In this document: positions 24,097 through 35,900 of the stretch, piece after piece
Layout: each line of letters opens with the position of its first letter
How positions within the stretch are numbered: position 1 is the stretch's first letter
DNA from: Perkinsus chesapeaki ATCC PRA-425
Taxonomy: Eukaryota > Protista > Perkinsozoa
Assembly (NCBI GenBank): GCA_013115145.1
Contig: JAAPAO010000137.1
Span: forward strand, 1 to 64,000
Direction: 5' to 3'
DNA length: 64,000 nt
The notes under the pieces: model-generated
Seen by the model: the letters and a program-made list of their open reading frames with translations, nothing else
Database searches by the model: none
Told to the model about the DNA's origin: nothing
Translations under genes and position numbers: made by a program

Positions 24097-25119
24097 ATGG
24101 GCTCACCTTATTCCAAGCTCGCTCCCGTTTCAGCTGCGGCTGTCCTAGCTCCAACGGTTTTCGCTGCTGCTCCGCCTGGTCAGAAGCTCCTTAGCCCGTC
24201 GCTGTCTACCGATGGCACGTACATCAGCAATGCACCCAGCGACCTCGACCTCGAACACCTAGGCATCGATTTGTTACCTAATGATGGTCAACACTTGAAT
24301 GTGAAACTTACATTGTTTACTCCTGGTATGAGGTTGACGACCGTATCTCTGGAGATGGAACCATTCGATACGGCCATTACAGAGTCGGACAGGAAGCTGA
24401 AATCGGAGGGATGCGTCAAACCGAAAGGCTCCTATAACTGGCACCTTCAGTGGGATGGGTATCCTCCGGTTGGCCCTGGAACTATCGCTTTGTGCCCTGG
24501 AATTGGTGATGAGGGTGTAAGAACAGTCCGCATCATTCTGAACAGAGCAGCATATGGTACACAAGGTGTTATGATCTCGCAGCTGCACAAGTCGGGAAAG
24601 GAGGATGCACCGAGAATTGACAAACCTCGAGGACTTCGAACAGGAGAATACGTCTACTCATCCTCCGGTGGTAACGCCTTGTCTGAAATCAGGATTACCG
24701 TACCGGATGGGAGATTTTCTGAAAGAAGGAGTGGGAACATTACTTTCACAGTTGTTGAGAATGGCCAAGAGTACAGCACAGCGGTGTGGTTCGCAAGTGT
24801 TCGGCAGATTTCATCTCTCAGAAAGAGCTCATACATGCTTGACACATGCTTCGCTTTTCACAATCGGGGAGATGGACGCATTAATGAGATAAAAATGAAA
24901 ATATATCCAGGGAAGGACACCCGTCATTCTATGATGTTGTGTGTTTCTGCCGATCAAAAAGCTTTACTGCTCTACCCTGATCAAAAAAGGTCAGATCCCA
25001 AGGATACAGTCTTCCGCTTAGTCGAAAAGCAGCCTTTGGGCCCCACTCAGGGGAGTAAGCGCGGAAGTCACCCTGATGATAAAGAAGAAGAAAACATTAA
25101 GAAAGTACGAAAGGACTGA
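24097..25119 (+). CDS. Intronless hypothetical secreted protein (~340 aa) with a basic C-terminal tail
   Basis: Long uninterrupted ORF; hydrophobic N-terminus MGSPYSKLAPVSAAAVLAPTVFAA; tail GSKRGSHPDDKEEENIKKVRKD. Confidence 0.8.
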   Translation: MGSPYSKLAPVSAAAVLAPTVFAAAPPGQKLLSPSLSTDGTYISNAPSDLDLEHLGIDLLPNDGQHLNVKLTLFTPGMRLTTVSLEMEPFDTAITESDRKLKSEGCVKPKGSYNWHLQWDGYPPVGPGTIALCPGIGDEGVRTVRIILNRAAYGTQGVMISQLHKSGKEDAPRIDKPRGLRTGEYVYSSSGGNALSEIRITVPDGRFSERRSGNITFTVVENGQEYSTAVWFASVRQISSLRKSSYMLDTCFAFHNRGDGRINEIKMKIYPGKDTRHSMMLCVSADQKALLLYPDQKRSDPKDTVFRLVEKQPLGPTQGSKRGSHPDDKEEENIKKVRKD

Positions 25120-26319
25120 GCGCCTCTCTCATGTTGCTGTTGCTGTTGTACTCCATGGATCTTATGTTAAGTCATATAATAATATACGATGTTTTTAACA
25201 CTATAGCGGAGCTGGAATTTTCCAGCCGTTGACGGCATCACTGTGTGGAGATAGATAAGGGATATCAATCCTCTACAGGGCTCATTTTCAATGAACATTG
25301 ACCAGCAATGGCTAGTAACAAAAATGAAGGAAACCGTGCGAAATGAGAGCTCAACGATGTAGCTTGTTTCAATGAAGCTGCTAAGTGTCACCTTGGTCAC
25401 ATCCATATCCAATTCCATTATGTCAGAGGACTGTGTAGATCATCCAAGTTGGAGTTGGGCACGAACGCAACTGAATAAATACGCTGATAAGTCGGTGAAG
25501 GGAACGGTCCAATCTCGCACGTGCCACCTGCTGCGAGAGCCATCACGTTGGACACAGGTACCTTGACAGACCTGACCTTATCGCGCCTGCTCTCCACTTC
25601 GCTAGTTCGATCGACATTAGCTCTTTCCCTGACAGTATAGATTGCCGCATTGGTATTGTGTCATTATCCCTTCTCATTGTGCTCTACACGCATCCGCCTG
25701 AAGCACTGGAGCAGGCAACGTTGCCAATAATCGAAAACCTGCAAGGACTAACATCTCTATCGGTGAGTTGTCTTGGACATGCTCACGTAAGAGCTCTACG
25801 GCTCGAACGTAAGGAAGTCGCTCGTTGGGAGACCGTCTTTGTCGTCGCTCGTTCCTTGGATTCAACGTGAAGATTGTTATTTAGCTCATTGACACCGATT
25901 GGCCTTTATTATCGATATTGGCGACGATTCATAAAGCGATACCAAATAAAGAGACCGGAAGCTGCTCACTGGAGGCAAGTCGGCTCTGAGATGCAACCTG
26001 GAGAAAAGATCGTTCGGTAGCAGTCTTATGTATCGTGCCTGAGTTCAGGCCAATGTGTCCGCCGTGATAGAAAGAATGAAGCAAGTCGGCGGCTTAATGC
26101 CACCTTGTTATCTACAACGGCACTTGGACAGACTCTCGAAACACGATAACTGCCGAATCTTGTAAGTGAATAAAATACCTATCCTGACGGATCCCATTTA
26201 TTTGTACCTCATGCACTTCCTTGTTAAAACATTCGTGAGTAGAGACGCACCAAGTCCCGTACTAGAGATCCTGCATGCCTTCACCGTATCGGTATTGCTT
26301 ACCAACGGTCAGGCGAGCA

Positions 26320-27560
26320 ACTTTGCTCGCTCACCTCTATCGAGCCCGGCAACTGGCGGAATCTGGAGGATTAGAAGATGTCTTTCGTTATTCACATATT
26401 AATGTCGACGAGCAGGAGAAGTATGCGAGAGATGCGCTGGGCCCAGACTGGATGGGAGGCCCTGGAAGAAATCTCAGCTCCGTTGAGGGTCTCGAGGAAA
26501 TCGTCGAGGAAGTAGCGTTATCGAACAGCATCATTAGCACTCCACTCGCAGTTCATTCTGAGCAATATCACCGCCGTACTGAAGGGCCGATCGCCCCTCT
26601 TCGAGGCTCTCGATCTGGCAACACTACGGCCGTCCGTGACCATACAAACTCGAAGCCCCGACACCGGCATGACAGTGAACTACACTCAAATGGTCTCCCC
26701 CCATAGAACTGGTTCTGACGGACTAATATCTAATCGTATCAGAGTTGATCGAAGCCCGTACTGTACCCAGTCCTTTATGGATATCTTTGCCAAGTTGGAG
26801 TTGAACTCTGTTATCGAAGTTGGCCCGCATCTTGGCGACTGCGTGCTCTGGGCGGCAATCGTCATGAATGCTACTGGTGTGGCTGTGGAGCCTTTAAAGC
26901 AGCTCGCGGACATGATACGGAAATCTAGGGGTGAGCACCTGTGAACGTAACAGGTCCGTTGGAGAACCGAACTTGTATACTTCTGGTCACGCTGAACACG
27001 CGGCGATGACTGATAAAAACAAGTTGAATCCGCGAATACCGATCCCCGATATCTTCTCTAAAACGCTGGCACGACCGATCCACGGCAATTCTGAGCGCAT
27101 GTGTCCTCATCACTGTGAACGGCTCTTCCTGGCGATCTCGCTCGGGATTTCGGCGCTTTGGTGAGTGACTAGCATACAGTTCGCCGGTGTTCATCTAGAT
27201 TTGAATGGTATTAGCGAAGAGGCACTGAGTGTCCACGAAGTTGCGGCATCGGATGAAGAAAAGATCGGCGAATATATTTGGGGACGTGCAGTGGTGAGAA
27301 ACGGTGCACTTCCGTGTGGCTTGAAGGGCCGCTGGGGAACTTGTATTCCCGTAGGGTCTTCCTATGACTGAGTCCAAGCTCGCCTCTTTCAACTGGCAAA
27401 AGCAAATACCCGCTGACTTTGAGCGAAGCTGTTATGAGTGTTAATCGAAAATTCATGGCATAAACAATAAGTGTCTCCATGGTGGCATCTTTGCTAGGTT
27501 AAAACCCTAGATTCGTTGCTGGAAGCTTCACAGTTAACGCGCGAAAGATATGCTGAAGGT
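26320..27560 (+). CDS. FkbM-like SAM-dependent methyltransferase (partial model; both ends uncertain)
   Basis: NSVIEVGPHLGDCVLWAA..GVAVEPLKQLADMIRKS..LNGISEEALSVHEVAASD..VKTLDSLL match FkbM motifs; the expected KIDVEG motif was not found. Confidence 0.55.
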
Positions 27561-28746
27561 CGGAATGGCGTAGCGTTGAAGGTTCACACTAATGGAGGTG
27601 ATCATATTTTGCTACTCTCTGCTGCTATCACTAAACCGACTTGAGCTCAATAGCGATTGCCATGTGACGCGCTCCATACCTAGCAAGTGATCCACTTCCT
27701 CGGAGATCACAGAGGACTGCATGTGACCTAACGCTGGGAACTTTGCGGTTGGGAGCAGCGTTCGATATCTCTCTCAATGGCTTCAATTCGCTTCTGGTTG
27801 GCCCTTTTGGTTTGAGTGTTTGCGTTTTAGGTGAAGATGCGGTCCTTCGTGGAGCACGGGGACTTCTTTCCAGTAGAAATGGTGTACAGTTTGTCATGAT
27901 AAATACCAACTCATTACAAGTAAGCTCAACCTCAATCTAAAAAGATGCTCTATTTGCCCCGGTTTTGTCTTCATCAATTACTATTGTTATCCTTTCTCTA
28001 CTGTCATCTGTACTATCTAATGTTGTTATTATCTTTATTCAGTGAATATTTATTATCCTGCTCTAGATTCATTCGAGTTTAGTGCAGAAATGTGCTTAGT
28101 TCACATATGTGTGTGAGTTTATAGTCCAATGTCGAATATGGCTTAGATTATCCATACCATGTGCAACTTGAACCGAGAGGGTTTAAATTAAACTGTCTAA
28201 TACCTATACCATAGTTGTCACTATCCGGTTCACCGAAGGGAGCCAGTGTCTAGAGATCCTACTTGCATATTGCCCATCACTTGTCATGTTGTCAGATGAT
28301 CCTTAAATGTCGTGACTTTCTATCAAGTCTGGGACCTCACGCATACTATTTCTACATAACGGACAGCTACAATCAAATCATACCATTACCGACCTCACCG
28401 AACGACACTCAAGAGCTACTCCACCAGCGTGGCTCAGTGGAGCTCATCGCTATCATGACAAATACCACAGTGGCATAGTGTCGTGCGCGTGCGTGCAGCT
28501 TCAATTTCGGGGCGCGCGCTTTTTACAGATCGCAGGCTGAGAATTGGGTTCTGGCAGTGGGGATAGGGGTTTGCTCGGACTATCAACCTTGAAAGATTCA
28601 AAGAAGGTTGATTCGCGAATAACTCTATGTAAGATGCTACGGAAAAGTTAGTTATGCGCTGAACTACTCACCAGACGGAATTTATAGTGAAACTCTCGAC
28701 GTGCGAAATATGTCTTATTTAGTTTATAGTGTCTAGTAAACCTCAG

Positions 28747-30045
28747 ATGTCCTCCTCCACTCCCCAAAAGCTCCTATTCGAGCCCGCAGCTGCCCGTTTG
28801 CAGAACGGTTTGAAACTCGTCTTCGGCTCTGATCACGCCGGCATCGACCTCAAGAACGAGATGATCGACGTAGGCATTCGCTGTCTAATTTTCGTCTTGT
28901 ATTTGATCCGCCTTTCAGTTTGTGAAGAACACCTTGAAGGCTCCCGAGGGCAGCATCACGGATGTTGGCACTTACACTCACGACTCGGTAGGCTTTCTGG
29001 AACAGTCTGGAATATAGGCATGTCGTCGTCTACGTCTTGATGAGGCGACGAAATTCTAGTAGAGTCTTTTGCACTTACAGCAATAGTAAGTGTATCCATT
29101 ATAGCGATTCTGCAATTGGCAAGCCGAACTGAGAAAAGCCGAAGGAGACGTCGACGTCGACTTTCTGATGGATCCGATAGTCTTTGTTATGATCAAGTGA
29201 GATGCATCTCTTGTCTGATGTAGGTTGATTATCCAGATTTCGCGGAGAAGACCTGCAAGACTCTTCTGAGCACATCGGACGATACTTCGAGTAGGAATCT
29301 GGGAGCTTGGTATCTCTAGGTTGAGCGTGCAGGATATACGAGAGGTCAACTGGAGGTTATTTTCTTCTTTTATTTCAGAGGCTCTAGGCGTTGTTATTTG
29401 CGGATCCGGTCTTGGTATTTCCATGTCGGCCAACAAGTGCAAAGGCATTAGGTAGTCCACGCTCCACTATATCAACCAAAAATACGGTTTTTCCATCAGA
29501 TGCGCCCTGTGCTCTAGCAACTACGATGCTCGTTATAGCCGCCTTCACAACAACGCTAATGTAGCAAGTCGTTCCTCTCGAGCATGCTTTCGTGGTATTT
29601 GTTGATCAGGTTCTCGCCATGGGTGGCCGTACAACTGGTGTTGAAGTCGCTCGGGAAATACTGGCAACGTGAGCTTCATTCTGGAATTCCGAATCGATTC
29701 TCGAATTCAGTGGCTCTTCTGCTGACTCTCCTCCCCATGTGTGTTTCAAACACTTTGTGCTTATCGTTATAATATGTATTCATCCGAGTGCCGCAGAGGG
29801 GCTAGACTCCGGCCAGTGTAACCCTCAGCATTCGATAGAAAAAAGAGCTTTCCCTGTAGGGCCATTTGATAGTTGCTACTGGAATGTCTCTTACCATCTT
29901 GAAGTCTTGGAACGTGTATCGACTCTGTTCAATTTTCGTGTTTTCATTGCTTGTTATTTCTCTCAGTTACATCAATACCGATTTCGAGGGCGGTCGCCAT
30001 CAGAAGCGAATTGATAAGATGATGGCTCTCGAACAGAAGGACTAA
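28747..30045 (+). CDS. rpiB: Ribose-5-phosphate isomerase B, copy 1 (6 introns)
   Basis: FGSDHAGIDLK..DVGTYTHDSVDYPDFA..VVICGSGLGISMSANKCKGIRCALC..SRLHNNANVLAMGGRTTG..FEGGRHQKRIDKM. Confidence 0.92.
29311..29336 (-). repeat. Dispersed hairpin motif, antisense, near the 5' end of an rpiB intron
   Basis: Minus strand TATCCTGCACGCTCAACCTAGAGATA, 20 nt from the donor at 29291. Confidence 0.7.
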
Positions 30046-30571
30046 TTTTCTCTACTGTTAAACCGTTGTGACATTGCCGTGTCCCAAATATTTCTAATAA
30101 GCACTACTGCGTGTTGCGCGGTAGTCAGTGGAATATGCACCGGATAAAATACGCGAACGGTCAAGGTGCTTCTGGCGAACGAATCGAGTATAACTATGCG
30201 CGAGTTCGATTCCTTGTATTCCCATTAGTATGATGAGACATTAGTCTTGCGCATACATAGTCAAAGAACCCCTACAGTTTAATCAAGTTTATAACCGCAA
30301 GTCTAACTAGCCGAATTCAGTTGGCGTGGGAAGCTCGAACGTACATGCTTCGGGGCTAGTTAACGCATCGGGCAACACAAAGACTGTCCCGTTACCGCGC
30401 AGCTACATGTTTCTAGCCACTACCAGTGTCTGGTCATAGCACGATTATTGTAGCGTTCTGACACGGGCCTCCTGTAGGGGTGCGCGTAGAGTAAGGTATT
30501 GGCTATGTTGCTGTGGATTCACAGATATCAATGTACTCGTTGGTCAGTTGTTATTGTTATTACCTTTTATC

Positions 30572-31332
30572 ATGTCCTCTAGTGCACCAGAGAAACTTCT
30601 GTTCGAGCCTGCTGCTGCCCGGCTCGCGAATGGCCTCAAACTTGTGTTCTGTTCCGACCACGCTGGTATCGATCTCAAGAACGAAATGATTGATGTAACT
30701 TTCGTGGAGGTTCGAATGAATGATAAGTATTTGTGTCTTAGTTCGCGAAGACGAGCCTGAAGGCACCTGAAGATTGTATTACTGATGTTGGCTGTTTCAC
30801 CCACGACTCTGTAAGTTCATCTCTGTAGGCTTAATGCACTTCTCTGGATTGAGCTTCTGTAACATGCTCTGCCAATACACTTTGTCGTTTACGGATTTTC
30901 CGCTCAGGTTGACTATCCTGACTTCGCCGAGAAACTCGGACACAAAGTGATGGAAGTAGACGACACAACAAGTACACTGAACGTTAAATTGCTATGTTTC
31001 ATCATTATCTTCAGAGTGCTTGGGTGTTGCCATCTGCGGTAGCGGTCTCGGCATGTCTATCGCCGCCAACAAGGTGAAGGGTATTCGTTGTGGTCTTTGC
31101 CATAGTAACTACGATGCCCGCTACTTGAGAATGCACAACAATGGCAATGTAAGACTTGATAAATTCTCTGTTTCCAGCGGCGAGTCGTCAGGTCCTCGCG
31201 ATGGGCGGCAGAACAACTGGTGTTGAAATTTCCAAGGAGATTCTCGCGACTTTCATAAACACTGATTACTGCGGTGGCCGCCATCAGAGGCGCATCGACA
31301 AGATATCCGCTATCGAGGATCGTCGTGATTAG
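30572..31332 (+). CDS. rpiB: Ribose-5-phosphate isomerase B, copy 2 (4 introns)
   Basis: FCSDHAGIDLK..DVGCFTHDSVDYPDFA..VAICGSGLGMSIAANKVKGIRCGLC..LRMHNNGNVLAMGGRTTG..YCGGRHQRRIDKI. Confidence 0.92.
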
Positions 31333-31670
31333 AGAGACTCGATCCTTTTCGAACATCTAACAGACTGTGTTAGTATGGTTTCACTTAGCAGTTCTTGCTT
31401 AACTGTACAGAAAAGTTGTGTTGTGAAGTTTGACAGGGAAGTCAAGTCCCTGCGATTCGTCGGGGTTCTATGCGGTGACGTCTTGACCGATGACATCGTT
31501 AACTGCGAACGACGTTACGGTTACGGTTCACAGCGTACGGTAAGGCGATATAGGAGACCTCCATAGCATCGACTGTCAACTGAAGTCATGCTGCACGAAA
31601 CAGACATTACATTGCAGCGAACACAAAAGAAGACCATGAGGGAACTGCTGATCATAAAAAGTCGAAAACT

Positions 31671-32913
31671 CTACCATTCCTTCTCTTCTCTATCTCGATA
31701 CATCTTGCCACTCATATGCTCATCATAGTCGCAATCAACAGCTAGCCATACGATAACTTCGGCACCCTCAGTTGCTGACCGATCTCCCTTGTATCTGCCA
31801 CTTCAAAGATATCATCGGATCGTCGGAAGCGATTACACTACTCGGTCATATCAGTGGCGCAGTAGCCTGGTGTGCAAGTTGTTACGAGGATCCTTTTTGG
31901 ACCACTCAGAGCCTCGCGGGCAAGCGCCTTCGTCCAAGCGATGACCAACAGCTTAGACGTACCGTACATGTTGTCGGCAAAACCAGCTTCTGCGTGACGG
32001 CCTTGTTCAACAGCCGTCATGTACTCGTCTGCGACTGCCAGAATATCCCTTACCGAAGCGGTAGGAGAAGCAAGCCGGTGCTGCAGGGCATTGGATACCT
32101 GGTGAAATCCATACTTTACTATTACACGGAGCTATATAGAACGTATGATTCTGTCGTATATAAAACGCTCATCACTGGTCACCAGATGTCCTTTTGTATG
32201 GTCGAGTTCCACTTACTTGCGAGAGGTTACCGAGTCCACTGCTAACATTAACTATTCTGCCCCTTTCGGCCATAATAGGCATGAACGCCTCGGTGACTTT
32301 CACACAGCCATAAAAGTTAACCTCCATTGTGTGACGTGCCTGACGAGGGGCCATATCAGCTGTAAAGCCAGAGATGGTACCTTCTCATAGGAGGGCTTCG
32401 CGCCCTCATCCCTGTCGTCCAATAATATCGCTGCGTTATTGACAAGTGCGTCTATTACGGGAGCTATCTTAGTGATCTAAATCAGCCACGGTAATGTTGG
32501 TGCTGGACTGACAACTGTCAATAATTCCCACCTGTACTTTCGCAGCTTGGATGGATTCATCATCGCTGACATCGAGCTGTACAGCAGCATACGGTTTGAG
32601 AATATCTACAAAAAGCACAAGTCGCATTCCAACACACTCGTACTCGCCAGATGAGAAACCCCCTAGTCACCAGCCCTGCTGGCCCAATGGATAAGGCGCC
32701 ACCCTCCTAAGGTGGAGATTCCGGGTTCGATCCCCGGGTAGGGTAATTTTCAAATTCGACGATACGTTGCATACCTGCGGCTTTCTCTAAGCGTCCTTCG
32801 TCCCTTGCAGTCATAATAACCCTCACTCCCTCAGCTATCATCCTCTTACACACTTCGAACCCGATGCCTTTGTTCGCTCCCGTCACCACAACTACTGGCG
32901 ATTCGTTTACCAT
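31671..32913 (-). CDS. Carbonyl-reductase-like short-chain dehydrogenase/reductase, multi-exon
   Basis: VVVVTGANKGIGFE; QLDVSD; LVNNAA; EVNFYG; RIVNVSSGLG; catalytic YGTSK; CTPGYCATDM. Confidence 0.88.
32673..32745 (+). tRNA. trnR-CCT: tRNA-Arg(CCT), antisense inside SDR intron 32606-32774
   Basis: GCCCTGC/GTAGGGT acceptor, CCACC-CT-CCT-AA-GGTGG anticodon arm, CCGGG-TTCGATC-CCCGG T-arm, followed by TTTT. Confidence 0.93.
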
Positions 32914-32980
32914 TCCCAATCGAGACTGCAGCCCATCAGAAACTCCATCGAACTCAACAACTGAACACTGGATACAAAAT

Positions 32981-35900
32981 CTATGCACCAGCACTCCCAT
33001 CAGGTGTGGCTGCCATTTCATTCGCACTCGACGGCATGTTTTCTAATTTCATCGGACTCGGCGGCACCCTCAAATTCAACTCCAAATTCGTCACCTTGTC
33101 CTCTATCAGCTGCAGTCTTTTCTCGATTAATTCCAGCGTTCGTTGGACCACCTGCACCATCGCAATTGGTCACCCCCAAACTGAACTGCTCTTACCAAAA
33201 ATTGATCTCCAACAGCCTCCATGGCCTTCGGAACTGTCTCTGTCGTTACACTACTTAAATCAAGGGTTCTGCTCATCACCGGCACTGAATAGAGAACCAC
33301 AAGCAAGTCGAGAAGCTCGAGATTTCTCACCGAGGAGATTGCTGAATAAGAACCACTAATAAAAAGGCTCCTTTCGGGATATGCAAACGTAGTTTAATAA
33401 CTTCAATGACCACAGACTCGTCAGGAGGAAAAGTGACGAGCTATGCTCCCCATCTCTCTCATGAACTTCTACGATCAATGGCACTAGGCAGACTGCTACC
33501 AACCAGACCATACTAGTCAAGATATGATACACTACTAATTCAACTCAATTGGACTCCTTCAACTAGATCCTCACCGACCACTCCCTTCGTCACCTCCTCA
33601 CCTTGTCGTGTCTCCCCCAGCATCATCGGTGCAGGAGCTGTTGAGTATCCTTTGAACGGAGTACTGCCAGCCGCCATCGACTCGCCTACTGGTGTGGACT
33701 GTCGAATAGGTAGGACTACGGAGTCCTCGATATCCCAAATATAAACCTATAAAAACGGCTCCACCCTGGTTCGAACCCGGGCCTCTCCACCTGACCGTCA
33801 GCCGACCCCACGATAAGCTCATATCGGCCCTCCGCGTCCTGGCACCATCGGACCTACCCCAACCTAATATTAGGTTCGTGAACTCTCATTACACTATTCA
33901 CCGGCGGCAGCCGTGCCGGAGCCTCCTCAGCCCGACCTTGGGCCACACAGGCGATGCGTCGACCCTCTCGGAGATCCCACAACCGAATGTCTCCCTGACG
34001 GCCACCAGACGCCAGCACGTGGCCGTTGTCCGGTCGAAGAGCAAGGGAAAGAACCGAACCTGTAAGGATTCTACAGAGGTCCGGAATTACGCAGAATACC
34101 TCGATCGTGAGCTGGGGAGTATCTTTGAACCAGTTGCTTGCCAGTAGGCAATCTTATGTCCCAGAAATTAATAGATCCGTCGTCACCGGCAGCGCCCACC
34201 AGTTGGGGAGTGACGGGGGAGAACGTTACACAGCGAACGGAGAGACTGTTCTCGTATAGACTGAGCCAGGCGGAAGGTGGATCTCGACGCGAGACTTATA
34301 TACACTATTACATAACAATTGTACAAATATAGTTGTATTATTACAAAATATATATGTTTGTGAATGATTATACTTTTTCTCTTTCCGAAAGGTTTGGGGA
34401 CCTCCCGTATTCTTATGGGACATGATTTTGTCTCTGCACTTTACAAGGCTGCCGCTCAGCCTTTCGCGAGTGACTGAGCTCGCAGCTACACTCCTAAACT
34501 GGCTACTGTCTGGTGGAAGGGAAAAGTGCTACCCGAGAAAATGTACTTATATACTATTATATATTATTATTAATATACTTGAAAAGGTTCAACCTACTCT
34601 TCATGAGCAGCTGCCTGGCAGCACAAGGGTAGTGCTGCATGAGGTATGAATAATACTACAATGCGCCTAAGCATGCTATCAAGACTTGATAGGATAATAA
34701 TTGATAATCAAGTACAGAGCACTTTGGGAGTCTGTTCCTCGTGTTCATGGTGATGGCAACAAAAAGAGGGCATGCCGCGTCGTCCCCAGCTGCTCCTCCT
34801 TCTCCTTCGCCCTCACTACCACGCCAGGCTGTTCCTCGTCTCTATGTCCCACACTCGAACCGTCCTATCCTCTCCACCACTCACTGCCGATCTAGCATCA
34901 CTTGAAAACGCACAAGTCAACACCCAGTTAGAATGTCCAACCAAGGAGCATATGAACCTATACAAGTACTGGAGGAGGACCACGGCTGCGCAGCAATCGT
35001 ATCAGTACTTCCGGTCCTGCAAGTTTGAACTTAACCTTCTATCACCACCCACTGGCATCTTCCACAACTTAACAGTTTTGTCATCCGAACATGACATTAG
35101 CAAATCCTAAGAATTCAAAGTGTGGCGTGAACCTTCAACTTCTTACTGTTTCTGTATGCGACCAATCTATGTCTCGTATCACTCCAGTGTGACATCCTTT
35201 ATAGACGGCTGAGCTCACACCATTGGAGCTCGGGGCGTTGTACCATAGGCGTATCTGAGAAACGTTCCAGACTAGCCGAATCCAGTAGAGCTGGAATGGT
35301 CTAGTTGGTTATGACGATCGCCTCACACGCGATAGGTCCCGAGTTCGATTCTCGGTTCCAGTATTTATCTTACCGTCTTATCAATTCCTGCACTGGCAAC
35401 CCACTTCCCCGATACATCTCCAGCGACCGCCGTCACCCTGTCATTGTGGCCTTCGCACCTCAATGGTCTACAACAAAAATTAATACGTGGAAATATCTGC
35501 CGCCCCCCCTCAGTTGAGCACCGATACTTTCCTACCCGATGAGAAATTATACACTTTTTAATGTCGTTGGCAGATATAAAACTCGACGAAACTTGTGCAG
35601 AATTTTCTAAAATTTTTCCCTGCTTGTTTGCCAATACGTGTAGGAGAGCAGTTTCCGAGAGCGACCTTTTAAACGTCATTGGACTCGCACAGTAGAGGAG
35701 GTATAGTCTGGCCCAAAAATTGTCCAGCGCCGATGATCTGAATAACTTAACGATCGAATATGAGGACAAGATTGGCAGCAGCATTCGATCAGGTCACCAG
35801 ACTGTATACAACTGTCAATAAAGGGGAAAACGGAGAACATCTCAAGCTGAGATGCATTCTATAGGTAAATATGTTTTCATAGACTATCTCTTCCCGCAAG

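Noticed and set aside
28747-31332. RpiB pair as bacterial contamination
   Set aside because: Both genes contain multiple spliceosomal introns and are flanked by eukaryotic genes
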